Part shown: positions 1-10,276 of the stretch, in pieces
Numbering within the stretch: the stretch's first letter is position 1
Layout of the letters: each line of letters starts with the position of its first letter
NCBI GenBank assembly: GCA_902628645.1
Contig: CACONS010000003.1
Location: 1,221-65,220 of the forward strand
DNA from: an uncultured Alphaproteobacteria bacterium
GTDB taxonomy: Bacteria; Pseudomonadota; Alphaproteobacteria; HIMB59; GCA-002718135
Length of the DNA: 64,000 nucleotides
Reading direction: 5' to 3'
The notes under the pieces: model-generated
Databases searched by the model: none
The model's input: the letters and a program-made list of their open reading frames with translations, nothing else
What the model was told of the DNA's origin: nothing
Program-made: the position numbers and the translations under genes

Positions 1-124
1 TGCACTTTTAAATTAAATTCAAATAAATAAAAACAAAAAAATTTAAAATTAAACAAATTGTGTTTCGAATTTTCTAAAAGGAAATTCCATTTTACCAAAA
101 AATATGATATTTATTATAAAATAA

Positions 125-688
125 ATGCTTGTTGTGGATAATTATATTAGAGATGAAAAACTTTTAAATGAATTAAGAAGTGAAAAATTTTGGTCTAGTG
201 TTGGAAAATTAAATTGGTGGGATGGTTGGTGGATAATTGAACCAAGAAATATATGCGAACAATTTATACAAATTGTTTGGAAGCAATTTACAAATTTAGA
301 AAATAGAGTTGCTGGCTTCGAATATTGGAGTAATGTTCATCAAACTGGTGAAGGCTTAAACTGGCATGTTGATAAAGATGAAAAATTAATGAAAGAAAAA
401 AAAGAAGTGGTTATGCCAAATATGGGTTTAGTTTATTATGCAATTTCAGATGGATTAGATGGAGGTTATTTAGAAATTGCAAACACCCCTGATCGTGAAA
501 ATGTTGAACCTAATAAAATTGAAAGGTTAAAACCATTAGAAAATAGATTAATTATGTTTAATCCATCTTACCCGCATAGAGTAAGTCCTATTGAAGGAGG
601 TAGAAGAAGAGCTATAATCGTAAATGCTTGGCCTAAAAAACCATATACCTTTCAAGACTCAGAAAGTTATTCAAGAAATAATAAATAG
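125..688 (+). CDS. 2OG-Fe(II) oxygenase superfamily protein (prolyl-4-hydroxylase-like)
   Basis: HxD (NWHVDKD), distal His (SYPHRV) and basic residue (RRRAIIVNAW) in the order and spacing typical of the double-stranded beta-helix 2OG oxygenases. No signal peptide. Confidence 0.5.
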   Translation: MLVVDNYIRDEKLLNELRSEKFWSSVGKLNWWDGWWIIEPRNICEQFIQIVWKQFTNLENRVAGFEYWSNVHQTGEGLNWHVDKDEKLMKEKKEVVMPNMGLVYYAISDGLDGGYLEIANTPDRENVEPNKIERLKPLENRLIMFNPSYPHRVSPIEGGRRRAIIVNAWPKKPYTFQDSESYSRNNK

Positions 689-697
689 ATATTTTTA

Positions 698-1210
698 TTA
701 TTTTTTATATTTTTCTTTTAAAAAGGGAACCATTGAACTCCATACTCCATCTTTTTTTAAACGATGATAGGTTGCTGCTAAAATATGAATCCCTATAAAT
801 AAATAGAGTAAGTTAATAATTAGTTCGTGAATAGTAATAATAAAATCGATTAAAAAACCATTTTCAAATCCTAACCTGAATACAAAACCAATTAATAATC
901 CTGACAAAACAGTTCCTAATAATAAAATATACATTCCATTATGAACTATTTTAGAAGCTATTTTTTGTACCCTAGGTGTATTTTCAGGTAAGGATGATTT
1001 TTGTGTTTTTTTCATATAAATTAAACGGACTAATAGAAGAAATAAAAAAATTATTGCAAAAATAATTTCAAATCTAAAAAAAGCATTGTTTTCAAGTTGA
1101 TTTATATCATCAACTTGCTTAGCTACACCATAAATAAATAATAGGACAAAACCCCAATGAAATATCTTTGCTAATTTACTATAATGTAATTTATTTTTTT
1201 CTAGACTCAT
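698..1210 (-). CDS. cytochrome b561 family membrane protein
   Basis: Four hydrophobic helices with conserved His positions (KIFHWGF, IVHNGMY, TIHELI, ATYHRL), as in the CybB/YceJ family. Confidence 0.6.
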   Translation of the reverse strand: MSLEKNKLHYSKLAKIFHWGFVLLFIYGVAKQVDDINQLENNAFFRFEIIFAIIFLFLLLVRLIYMKKTQKSSLPENTPRVQKIASKIVHNGMYILLLGTVLSGLLIGFVFRLGFENGFLIDFIITIHELIINLLYLFIGIHILAATYHRLKKDGVWSSMVPFLKEKYKK

Positions 1211-1259
1211 AAATTTTAATGTAATACTTTAAAAATTATCTTAAGTAAATAAATCACAA

Positions 1260-1691
1260 ATGATCGAATATCAAAAAATACTAGATAATAATATGTTAAA
1301 TGTATTTAAAGATATTCTGATTAATATTAGGGATAAAGGATTATCAAATAATAATCATCTTTATATTACATTCTTAACTAATCATAAAAAAGTTGAATTA
1401 CCAAATTGGTTAAAACGAAAATATCCTGAAGAAATGACTATAGTAATTCAATATGAATATTACGATCTTGAAATAAATAAAAAAAATTTTTCTATTTCAC
1501 TTTCATTTAATGATATTAGAACAAATTTAAAAATTGACTATAGTGCTATTGTCTCCTTTGCAGATCCTTCAGCTAATTTTGGGTTAATTTTGAAAAAAAA
1601 TAAATTTCAAAGAAAAGTTAGTAAAAAAATAGAAAAGCAGAAGTCAAACAAGGATAATGTAATTAATTTTTCAAATTTTAAAAAAAATTAA
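1260..1691 (+). CDS. SspB-like ClpXP adaptor (alphaproteobacterial stringent starvation protein B family)
   Basis: N-terminal domain pattern (HLYITF...LP.WL...YP.EMTIVIQ..Y.DL....F...LSF) followed by a basic tail. The 4-nt convergent overlap with gpmA supports the stop position. Confidence 0.5.
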   Translation: MIEYQKILDNNMLNVFKDILINIRDKGLSNNNHLYITFLTNHKKVELPNWLKRKYPEEMTIVIQYEYYDLEINKKNFSISLSFNDIRTNLKIDYSAIVSFADPSANFGLILKKNKFQRKVSKKIEKQKSNKDNVINFSNFKKN

Positions 1692-2317
1692 TCTAAATAA
1701 TAAAATCTTTTTATTTGACCTTTATCATAATCCAAGCACAATGGTCTTCCAGTAGGAAGCTCTATTGAAGATATTTCTTCAGATTTATACATTCCAACCT
1801 TAATCATTATTGCTCTTAAAGAATTGCCATGCGCAACAATAAGAACATTTTTTTTATTTAATATAAGCGGTTCAATTGTATTAGAAAAATAAGGTGAAAC
1901 TCTATCAACTACATCTTTAAGACTTTCACCATTGGGTGGAGGTGTGTGATATGATCGTCTCCATATATGTACTTGTTCTTTACCAAATTTGTCTGCAGTT
2001 TCTGCTTTATTTAAACCAACTAAATCACCATAATCTCTCTCATTAAGTCTTTGATCTTTTTCATAAATTAGAACACCATTTTTATACAAATTTTTTATTC
2101 CTGATGCCTTCATTGCAATTTCTGCTGTTTTATTTGCTCTTTCTAAGACACTACTGAAAATTTTATCAATTTCTATATTATTTTTTTTTAATAAAAGACC
2201 TGCATTATTTGCTTCATTAATGCCTTTTTCAGTTAATGGAACATCCTTCCAGCCAGTAAATTTATTTTCTAAATTCCACTGACTTTGGCCGTGTCTAAGT
2301 AAAACAAGTTTGTTCAT
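1688..2317 (-). CDS. gpmA: 2,3-bisphosphoglycerate-dependent phosphoglycerate mutase
   Basis: LVLLRHGQSQWN (RHG catalytic motif), ERDYG and VAHGNSLRA. Length is typical. Confidence 0.9.
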   Translation of the reverse strand: MNKLVLLRHGQSQWNLENKFTGWKDVPLTEKGINEANNAGLLLKKNNIEIDKIFSSVLERANKTAEIAMKASGIKNLYKNGVLIYEKDQRLNERDYGDLVGLNKAETADKFGKEQVHIWRRSYHTPPPNGESLKDVVDRVSPYFSNTIEPLILNKKNVLIVAHGNSLRAIMIKVGMYKSEEISSIELPTGRPLCLDYDKGQIKRFYYLD

Positions 2318-2358
2318 AAGTTATCTATAATATGTTATAGTATATTTGTTAATTATTA

Positions 2359-3744
2359 ATGAAAAATAAAAAAAGAATAGAATTTGATAGCCTAGGTTCA
2401 AAAAAAATTGATAGAAACAAGCTTTGGGGTGCTCAAACGCAAAGATCCTTAGAAAATTTTAAAATTGGAAGTGAAAAAATACCGGTTGAATTAATTATTG
2501 CTTTAGGACAACAAAAAAAAGCTGCTGCTGAAGCTAATATTGAACTTGGTGTCTTAGACAGAAAATTAGGAAAATTAATTATAAATGCATGCAATGACAT
2601 AATTAATTTGAAACTTATAGAACAGTTTCCATTATTAGTATGGCAAACTGGATCTGGTACTCAGACAAATATGAATGCTAATGAAGTAATTAGTAATTAT
2701 ATAATTAAAAAATTAAGAGGAAAAATTGGAAGTAAAGAGCCTATTCATCCAAATGATCATGTGAATCTATCTCAATCATCAAATGATACCTTTCCAACAA
2801 TAATGCATATTGCAATTAATGAATTAACAACTAAAGACTTAATTCCAAATCTTAAAATTTTAATAAAGGAATTTCAAAAAAAGAAAAAGATTTTTAAAAA
2901 AATAATCAAAATAGGAAGAACTCATACACAAGATGCAACTCCAATTACTTTAGGAGATGAGTTCTCAGCTTTTTGTTCTCAATTAAGAGCTTGTTTAAAA
3001 AGAATAGAAATTGCAAAATCTGAATTGAAATATCTTGCCCAAGGTGGAACTGCTGTAGGCTCAGGGATTAATGCTCCAAAAAAATTTGATAAAGTTTTTT
3101 GTAAATATTTGAATAAACTCACTATTGATAATTACAAACCTTCTCCAAATAAATTTGAGTCATTAGCCTCTCATGATCCATTAATTAATTTTTCAAATTC
3201 TTTAAAAACTTTATCACTTTCATTATTAAAAATAATTAATGATATTAGATTTTTGGCATCTGGACCTAGATCTGGTTTGGGAGAGTTAATTTTACCTGCC
3301 AATGAACCTGGATCATCAATTATGCCAGGCAAAGTAAATCCAACACAAATTGAAGCATTAAGTATGGTGTGTGTTCAAGTAATTGGAAATAGTACAACTG
3401 TAGATCTTGCAGGATCCAATGGTCATTTTCAATTAAATGCTTATAAACCTGTTATTGCTTTTAACATTATTCAGTCAGTAAAACTTCTTAGTGATAGTAT
3501 TAAAAGTTTTTGTAATAATTGCTTAAAAGGATTAGAAGCAAACAAAAAAATTATTGATAATCATTTAAATAACTCTTTAATGCTTGTTACCTCTTTAAAT
3601 AAAAGTATTGGATATGATAATGCAGCAAAAATTGCAAAAAAAGCTTTCAATGAGAACTTAACTCTTAGGGAAGCTGCCCTAAAATTGAAATTAATTTCAG
3701 AAAAAGATTTTGATAAGATAGTCGATCCAAAAAAAATGATTTAA
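2359..3744 (+). CDS. fumC: class II fumarate hydratase
   Basis: GSSIMPGKVNPTQ lyase signature, TGSGTQTNMN, HPNDHVN..QSSND. 461 aa. Confidence 0.95.
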   Translation: MKNKKRIEFDSLGSKKIDRNKLWGAQTQRSLENFKIGSEKIPVELIIALGQQKKAAAEANIELGVLDRKLGKLIINACNDIINLKLIEQFPLLVWQTGSGTQTNMNANEVISNYIIKKLRGKIGSKEPIHPNDHVNLSQSSNDTFPTIMHIAINELTTKDLIPNLKILIKEFQKKKKIFKKIIKIGRTHTQDATPITLGDEFSAFCSQLRACLKRIEIAKSELKYLAQGGTAVGSGINAPKKFDKVFCKYLNKLTIDNYKPSPNKFESLASHDPLINFSNSLKTLSLSLLKIINDIRFLASGPRSGLGELILPANEPGSSIMPGKVNPTQIEALSMVCVQVIGNSTTVDLAGSNGHFQLNAYKPVIAFNIIQSVKLLSDSIKSFCNNCLKGLEANKKIIDNHLNNSLMLVTSLNKSIGYDNAAKIAKKAFNENLTLREAALKLKLISEKDFDKIVDPKKMI

Positions 3745-4620
3745 CTAAATGTATTCGTAGTTATTTTTATCAGCAAACAAAGACCTTAATAATAAATTAT
3801 TTAATTGATGGCCTGATTTGTTTCCTAAAAAATAACCTTGAATTGGAGATCCTGCTAAATATAAATCTCCGATAGAATCAAGAATTTTGTGTCTCACAAA
3901 CTCATCTTTAAAACGCAAACCATCTGAATTTAGTATTTTACTTTCTCCAACAACAACAGCATTATCTAAAGAACCACCGAGTGCCAAGCCATTTGATCTT
4001 AACATATCAACATCTTTTTCAAATCCAAAAGTACGTGCTGAAGCGATATCAGTTTTATAATTCCCATTTACTAATTGTAAATGACAGCTTTGTTTGCTAA
4101 CTAGCTTACTAGGGAAATCGATCTCGAAATCTATTGAGAACTGGTCATTAGGTTTTAATTCTACTGATGAATCATTATTTTCTACTTTAATATTTTTTTT
4201 AATTTTTAAAATCTTTCTTCTTTTATTTAAACTTTGAGTAGAAGTTTGATCAATAAGATCAACAAACTTTATTGAACTACCATCCATGATTGGTACTTCC
4301 GGTCCATCAATCTCAATTTTAATATTATCTATATGCAATCCTGATAAAGCACTCATTAAATGCTCTATAGTTGATACACTAGTACCATTTTGATTACTTA
4401 TAGTTGTACTTAGTTTTGTACTGCTTACATTTGACCATAAAGCCTCAATCACATTATTATACTTAACATCTTTTCGAATAAACTTAATTCCGTAATCAAC
4501 TTTAGCGGGATATAATTTCATATTTACTTCTGTCCCAGTGTGTAGTCCTATACCTCTTATTGATACTGGTTTGCTAATTGTCTGTTGTTGATTGCTAGAT
4601 GTGTTTAATATATCTATCAT
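3745..4620 (-). CDS. lpxC: UDP-3-O-acyl-N-acetylglucosamine deacetylase
   Basis: GIGLHTG, EHLMSAL, FVRHKILDSIGDL motifs, and conserved ftsZ-lpxC synteny. I place the start at ATG 4620 (MIDILNTS...). The ORF-track GTG start at 4647 lies inside the ftsZ terminator hairpin. Confidence 0.9.
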   Translation of the reverse strand: MIDILNTSSNQQQTISKPVSIRGIGLHTGTEVNMKLYPAKVDYGIKFIRKDVKYNNVIEALWSNVSSTKLSTTISNQNGTSVSTIEHLMSALSGLHIDNIKIEIDGPEVPIMDGSSIKFVDLIDQTSTQSLNKRRKILKIKKNIKVENNDSSVELKPNDQFSIDFEIDFPSKLVSKQSCHLQLVNGNYKTDIASARTFGFEKDVDMLRSNGLALGGSLDNAVVVGESKILNSDGLRFKDEFVRHKILDSIGDLYLAGSPIQGYFLGNKSGHQLNNLLLRSLFADKNNYEYI

Positions 4621-4623
4621 TTT

Positions 4624-4654
4624 AAAAAAAAGTGCCGAAATCAGCACTTTTTTT
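4624..4654 (-). terminator. Rho-independent terminator / attenuator after ftsZ (bidirectional A-run/stem/T-run)
   Basis: AAAAAAAAGTGC-cgaaatca-GCACTTTTTTT. On the minus transcript the stem is followed by 8 U. It lies 69 nt after the ftsZ stop and 4 nt before the lpxC ATG. Confidence 0.55.
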
Positions 4655-4722
4655 AATATATATTTTTGACGATCTTAACAACTAACCTAATATTTCAAAA
4701 TATTGCAAATATGCTCTAATTA

Positions 4723-6372
4723 CTAGTTAGCTTGTCTTCTAAGGAAGGTGGGTATATCCAAAAGTTCTTCCTCTGTTTCCTGATTGAACTCATCATCAAT
4801 TTCAGTAGATTCAGTTTCTTCAGCACTAAACTCCTCTTTTTCATCGATGCTTAAATTATTATCTTCAGAGTTTTTATCTTCTGAGTTATTTTCTTCAATC
4901 TTTTCTGCTGAAGACGCAAAAACAGGTTCAGTCTTACCTGGAACTTTATTTTCTGAATCAATTTCTTCAGATTTATTTGAAGCGGAAAGAGTATCAAATA
5001 AGCTCAACCTTCTTACACTTGTTTCATTTGGTTTTTCAATGTGTGAAGAAGAGTTTGAAACTTCATTAACAATATTATCACTTTCAATTTGCTCTTCAGC
5101 TTCTGAAACTTCATTATGTTCAAACACTTTATCATCAATATTTTCTTCTAAACTTGCAGTCTCAATTTGGTTAATATTTGTTTGCTCATCTAAAACAATA
5201 TTTTCAGAATTTTGATTATTGAGAATTTCTTCATTTAAAATACCATTGATCTCTTCATCTAAGGTGCTTCCTTCTTGTAAAGAATGTTCCTGCAATGCGG
5301 TACTTTCAGTCAATGACTCAGACTTTTCTGTATCTTGTTTATAAATATCATTATTTATATTTATTGGAGCAAAGTTTTCTATCGGCTTAGCTGATATATT
5401 ATTGTTTGCATCAATGCCTGTAGCTACGATACTAACTCTAACAACACCTTCCAGTCTATCATCACATGTTGTTCCGTATATAATATTTGCTTCTTCATCA
5501 ACTTCTTGTTTGATTCTATTTGCAGCCTCATCAACTTCATACAAAGTAATATCTTTACCACCAGTAATATTAATTATTAGACCTTTTGCACCTTTAAGAG
5601 ACACATCATCAATTAATGGATTTGCAATAGCTGCTTCAGCAGCTGCAATTGCTCTACCTTCACCTTGTGCTTCACCCGTGCCCATCATAGCTTTACCCAT
5701 TTCAGACATAACAGTTTTGATATCTGAGAAATCTAAATTTATCATTCCAGGTTGGACCATAAGATCAGTTACACCTCTAACACCTGCATACAGGACATCA
5801 TCTGCCATCTTGAATGCATCAGAGAAAGTAGTTTTTTCATTGGCAATCCTAAATAGATTTTGGTTTGGTATTGTTAGTAATGTATCAACATACTGTTGTA
5901 GTTCTTCAATTCCTTTCTCAGCTAATTTCATCCTTTGAGAACCCTCAAAATGAAAAGGTTTAGTTACTACACCAACAGTTAGTATTCCTTTTTCTCTTGC
6001 TAATTTAGCAATAACTGGCGCAGCTCCTGTGCCAGTACCACCACCCATACCAGCAGCTATAAAAAGCATATGACTACCTTCAAACTTTTCATTTAAATCT
6101 TGAATTGCTTCTTCTGCAGCTTGTCTTCCAATATCAGGTCTCATTCCTGCGCCTAAACCTTTAGTGCTGTTTAATCCTAATTGAATTTTATTTGGACAAC
6201 TTGAAATTTGTAAAGCTTGTGCATCTGTATTAGCTATTAAAAAGTCTACGCCCTCTAAATTTGCATTAATCATGTTGTTAACTGCATTTCCACCAGATCC
6301 ACCCACTCCTAAAACTGTAATTTTAGGATGTAAGTTTTGTGCTACATCTTGTATTGAAATATTGATAGTCAT
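4723..6372 (-). CDS. ftsZ: cell division GTPase FtsZ with long acidic C-terminal linker
   Basis: [11 protein letters not shown] tubulin signature, NTDAQAL, and the C-terminal conserved peptide [11 protein letters not shown]. Confidence 0.97.
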   Translation of the reverse strand: MTINISIQDVAQNLHPKITVLGVGGSGGNAVNNMINANLEGVDFLIANTDAQALQISSCPNKIQLGLNSTKGLGAGMRPDIGRQAAEEAIQDLNEKFEGSHMLFIAAGMGGGTGTGAAPVIAKLAREKGILTVGVVTKPFHFEGSQRMKLAEKGIEELQQYVDTLLTIPNQNLFRIANEKTTFSDAFKMADDVLYAGVRGVTDLMVQPGMINLDFSDIKTVMSEMGKAMMGTGEAQGEGRAIAAAEAAIANPLIDDVSLKGAKGLIINITGGKDITLYEVDEAANRIKQEVDEEANIIYGTTCDDRLEGVVRVSIVATGIDANNNISAKPIENFAPININNDIYKQDTEKSESLTESTALQEHSLQEGSTLDEEINGILNEEILNNQNSENIVLDEQTNINQIETASLEENIDDKVFEHNEVSEAEEQIESDNIVNEVSNSSSHIEKPNETSVRRLSLFDTLSASNKSEEIDSENKVPGKTEPVFASSAEKIEENNSEDKNSEDNNLSIDEKEEFSAEETESTEIDDEFNQETEEELLDIPTFLRRQAN

Positions 6373-6451
6373 TGTAATCTCCGCCGTTTTAAATACTTTT
6401 TAACGAATTATATTCGAAATCGTCAATATAATTTACTATATATAGTATTAT

Positions 6452-7672
6452 CTAAATATATTGATCAAGCCAAGTAAAAAAGGTTGAAAATCCTCGTTTT
6501 TTTGATTTTTTTGAGGAGTTTGTAAGAAAATCAATTTTAAATAAGTCTCGGTCATACAATATAGATCCAATAATGTCACAAAAATTTGGTTTTTTAAAAT
6601 TATTTTCCAAGTTTAATTGATCTAACGGGTTTGATACTCTTACACCACTTGCAAAAATTGTTTCTACATATTTTGTAATATTATCCATCATTGCACCACC
6701 TCCAGTTAAAACTACATTATTTAATTTTTTATTTCTTAAATTATTATCTCTAATTTTTTGCCATATCATTTCTAAAGTTTCTTCAATACGAGGCCTAATA
6801 ATTGCATTTAAACTTGATCTTGTTATCTGTTTAAATGTATTTTTATCTCCTGAAACGATTGGAATTTCTATTATTTCATGATCATCGCTAGGCGATGAAA
6901 CTAGAGAACCATATAATGTTTTTAACCTTTCAGCACTTGAAATATTGGTTGATAAACCTCTAGCAATATCTAATGTAATGTTATTACTGCCAACTCCTAT
7001 TGCATCGCCATAGACAAATTTATTATTCTCAAAAACTGATATAGAAGATGTTGAATGACCTAAATCTATACATATAGTTCCAAGTTCTTTTTCATCTTTT
7101 GTAAGTGATGATAAAGATGAAGATAATGGCGAAGGAATATAGTTATCAATATTAAGTTTCAATTTTTTGATAACACTAGAAATATTAGCTGAATATTTTT
7201 TTTGAATGTATATTTTATAAAAATTAATTTTAATATTATCTGAATAATTTCCAATCGGGGCATTGAAGTACAGATTGTTATCGATATCATATGAAGTTAT
7301 ATTATTAAATATTTCAAATTTTTCACTAGGATTATTAAAATATTCCGATTGATTAATTATTTTTTTTAGATGTAATTCAGAAATTCTCTCATTTTTTAAT
7401 TCTATTTCTGAGTTGTAATAATAAGAATTAGAATTCAACAAAGATAAATTAAGATTAATAGAATTTAATTTGGTTTGGGATTGTTTTTCAGCGTCTTTTA
7501 CTAAAGATTTAATCTGATCATGTAAATTTTCAAAATTTAAAATAATATTTTTTTTAATATTATTATTAGGAACACTGGCAATGGATAAGATATTAATATT
7601 TTCGGTGTTCTTATAATCAGCAATAACAAATGATATTTTTGAATTCCCAATATCTAAACCAGCTTTAATCAT
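6452..7672 (-). CDS. ftsA: cell division protein FtsA
   Basis: Actin-fold phosphate motifs (GLDIGNSKI, IDLGHSTS, LTGGGA). Position between ftsQ and ftsZ. Confidence 0.9.
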   Translation of the reverse strand: MIKAGLDIGNSKISFVIADYKNTENINILSIASVPNNNIKKNIILNFENLHDQIKSLVKDAEKQSQTKLNSINLNLSLLNSNSYYYNSEIELKNERISELHLKKIINQSEYFNNPSEKFEIFNNITSYDIDNNLYFNAPIGNYSDNIKINFYKIYIQKKYSANISSVIKKLKLNIDNYIPSPLSSSLSSLTKDEKELGTICIDLGHSTSSISVFENNKFVYGDAIGVGSNNITLDIARGLSTNISSAERLKTLYGSLVSSPSDDHEIIEIPIVSGDKNTFKQITRSSLNAIIRPRIEETLEMIWQKIRDNNLRNKKLNNVVLTGGGAMMDNITKYVETIFASGVRVSNPLDQLNLENNFKKPNFCDIIGSILYDRDLFKIDFLTNSSKKSKKRGFSTFFTWLDQYI

Positions 7673-8438
7673 TTAAATTAATTAAGATTGTTTTTTTTAA
7701 ATTTCTTAAATCATATATTTTTACATTATTAATATCCGTTTCGCTAAGTTTATTTTGTATCATAATAAAATTCTGAATAGATTTATTTGGATCTTCTTCT
7801 GAAAGCATTAATTTCACATCGCTGTATAAATTTATATCCCATCTTCTTTTGTTAATGAATTCCAAACTCTCTATTTGGTATGATTTTACAAAATCATTAT
7901 TTTTTAAAATATTAATTAGTGAATTAGCTTTTAAGTTTGAAGAATTACCTTTAAAGATTAATAATGAAAGATTTTTCAAATCTGTAATGTAAATTTGATC
8001 TATAATTTTTCCATTTTCATCAAAAAAAAAGTATTTCTCGTTAAAAAAATAAATCCCAATTGGTTTATATTCTTCAATCCTAATAAATAGAGTGTCTTTA
8101 TAATTTGTATTTAAATATATTTCTTTGACCCAATTATTTTCTTTTATTGAATCATTAATTTGATCTAATGGTAATAAAAAAATTGAAGATTCTATATAAT
8201 TTTCCAGTTTATCTTCTATAAATTTTAATTCAATTTTTTCCAAACCTGAAATATCAAATTTTGTAAATTGATATTGAAAGTTTTCTGAAAAACTGTGAAT
8301 TATATTTTTAGAAATATCAATTATATAATTTTTATTAAAATATAGTAAAAAAGAAAAAAAAATTAAAAATAAAAAAAAACTGAAATAAATTAATGATCTA
8401 AAACTTAAAACATATCTTCTTCTATTAATATTGTTCAT
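7665..8438 (-). CDS. ftsQ: cell division protein FtsQ
   Basis: Short basic N-terminus, a single TM helix, then a POTRA-like region. Canonical dcw position between ddl and ftsA. Confidence 0.75.
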   Translation of the reverse strand: MNNINRRRYVLSFRSLIYFSFFLFLIFFSFLLYFNKNYIIDISKNIIHSFSENFQYQFTKFDISGLEKIELKFIEDKLENYIESSIFLLPLDQINDSIKENNWVKEIYLNTNYKDTLFIRIEEYKPIGIYFFNEKYFFFDENGKIIDQIYITDLKNLSLLIFKGNSSNLKANSLINILKNNDFVKSYQIESLEFINKRRWDINLYSDVKLMLSEEDPNKSIQNFIMIQNKLSETDINNVKIYDLRNLKKTILINLND

Positions 8439-8439
8439 A

Positions 8440-9390
8440 CTAATAATTCAAATTTTTGATCAAAATAAAAATGATTTCTGAAAATGATAAACCTTTATAA
8501 TTAGCTTGTTCAGGCAATAGAGATAAGGGAGTAAGTCCGGGCTGGGTATTTGTCTCTAAAAAAAAAATTTTATTTTTTTTTGTATCAAAAATAAAATCAG
8601 TTCTTGCAATTGAATTACAACCTAAGAGTTTATGAGCTTTAGTAGCGAATTTAAGACATTTAGTATAATTTATTTTATTAAATTTAGCTGGCAAAATATG
8701 TCTTGCAAAACCTTTTGAATATTTTGCTTTATAATCAAAGAAATTATTTTTTGATTTAATTTCTGTAACAGCAAGTGCGTGAATTTTTTTATCTAATTTG
8801 ATAGTTGAAACTGTAATCTCCTTTCCATATATGAATTCCTCTATTAAAATTTCTTTGTGATCAGTAAGTTTCCTTTTAAATTCTTCTAAATTAGAAATAA
8901 AAATATCAAATTCTTTTTGATTTCTAATTATTCTTATGCCAAAACTTGAACCGCTTCTATTAGGCTTAATAACAAATTTTTTAAACCTACTTTTGATAGT
9001 AATTAATTTCTTCTCATTCAAATCAATTATATCTAAAAGATAATATTTCGGAGACATTAATTTATTTTTAATAATCACTTTCTTAGATGCAGATTTGTTA
9101 AAACAAAGATTGGATGATTTTATATTTGAATGCGAATAAGGAATTTTATTTTTTTTTAAAATTTTTTGAGCTTGACCATCTTCTCCAAAAGGGCCGTGTA
9201 AAGCATTAATACAAATATAATTTTTATAATTAATTATTTTTTTATGAAAGTTTTTAGGATTAACTCTTAATGTTTTAAACTGCAATTTATTTTTATTAAG
9301 AATTTTTTGAATTTCTCTGGAGGTTACTAAAGATACATCATGCTCTTCATTATTACCACCTTCTAAAATTAAAATTTTTTTATTACTCAC
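8440..9390 (-). CDS. ddl: D-alanine--D-alanine ligase
   Basis: GG.N.EHDVSL N-terminus, ATP-grasp core, C-terminal ARTDF....FLETNTQPG. Confidence 0.9.
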   Translation of the reverse strand: MSNKKILILEGGNNEEHDVSLVTSREIQKILNKNKLQFKTLRVNPKNFHKKIINYKNYICINALHGPFGEDGQAQKILKKNKIPYSHSNIKSSNLCFNKSASKKVIIKNKLMSPKYYLLDIIDLNEKKLITIKSRFKKFVIKPNRSGSSFGIRIIRNQKEFDIFISNLEEFKRKLTDHKEILIEEFIYGKEITVSTIKLDKKIHALAVTEIKSKNNFFDYKAKYSKGFARHILPAKFNKINYTKCLKFATKAHKLLGCNSIARTDFIFDTKKNKIFFLETNTQPGLTPLSLLPEQANYKGLSFSEIIFILIKNLNY

Positions 9391-10276
9391 CTATTATTTC
9401 TACCTCCCATTCCAATTTTACATTGAATTTAGCATATACTTTTTCAACAATACTTTTACCTAAGTTTTCTATATCTGTTGCTGAAGCACTTCCCCTATTT
9501 ATCAAAAAATTCGCATGTAGATCGCTCACGTATGCATCTCCATAATTAATACCTTTACATCCTGCTTCCTCAATTAATTTCGCCGCATGATGATTTTTTG
9601 GATTTTTAAAAGTACTGCCAGAAGTTTTGTTTTTAATTGGCTGAGTTTCTAAGCGTTTATTTTTAATTTCATTAATCCTCTCTTTGATAAAATTTTGATC
9701 TCCATAATTAAAATTAAATATAGCTTTTGTGACTATATCTGTTTTATTTATATCTGAAGATCTATATTTTAGATTAATTTTATCTTTTGTTATTGTTTTT
9801 CTTTGACCAAAATTATCACAAATTTCTATACTATTTATAACATCTACTGTTTCCGAACCATAACAACCTGCATTCATTTTAACTGCTCCACCTATTGATC
9901 CTGGAATACCACTATAAAATTCAAAACCCTCAATATTTTGTCTCAAAGCATAATTTGATAAATTAATATCTAAAATACTAGCCCCAACTTCAAGTTTGTT
10001 ATCATTAATATTAATAGTATTAAATCCTTTGCCTAATTTTATAAGAGTTCCATTATATCCATTATCTCTAATTAAAATATTTGAACCTGAACCTATTATG
10101 TAAAAATTTTCATTATTTATTTCGTTTAGTATAATTTCTAACTCTAAATTATCTTCAACTATAGCAAATATTTTTGCATTACCTCCTGTTCTGAACCAAG
10201 TATGTTTACCAGCATTATAATCTAAGTAAATTTTACTTTTAAGCTTATCAGCCAATTCTAAAATTTTTTTTGACAT
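9383..10276 (-). CDS. murB: UDP-N-acetylenolpyruvoylglucosamine reductase
   Basis: FRTGGNA, GSGSNIL, GIPGSIGGAVKMNAG, SGSTFKNP motifs. Confidence 0.9.
   Translation of the reverse strand: MSKKILELADKLKSKIYLDYNAGKHTWFRTGGNAKIFAIVEDNLELEIILNEINNENFYIIGSGSNILIRDNGYNGTLIKLGKGFNTININDNKLEVGASILDINLSNYALRQNIEGFEFYSGIPGSIGGAVKMNAGCYGSETVDVINSIEICDNFGQRKTITKDKINLKYRSSDINKTDIVTKAIFNFNYGDQNFIKERINEIKNKRLETQPIKNKTSGSTFKNPKNHHAAKLIEEAGCKGINYGDAYVSDLHANFLINRGSASATDIENLGKSIVEKVYAKFNVKLEWEVEIIGE

Noticed and set aside
4621-4647. ORF-track start of lpxC at 4647 (MLISALFFK...)
   Set aside because: The GTG and the following 9 codons are the ftsZ terminator hairpin read as protein. ATG 4620 gives an N-terminus at the usual distance upstream of the conserved GxGLHTG motif.
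4784-5938. Two long plus-strand ORFs (143 and 178 aa) antisense to ftsZ
   Set aside because: They are shadow ORFs. Their Ser/Leu/Phe-rich low-complexity translation is the complement of the Glu/Asp/Asn-rich ftsZ linker and core, and ftsZ on the minus strand is unambiguous.
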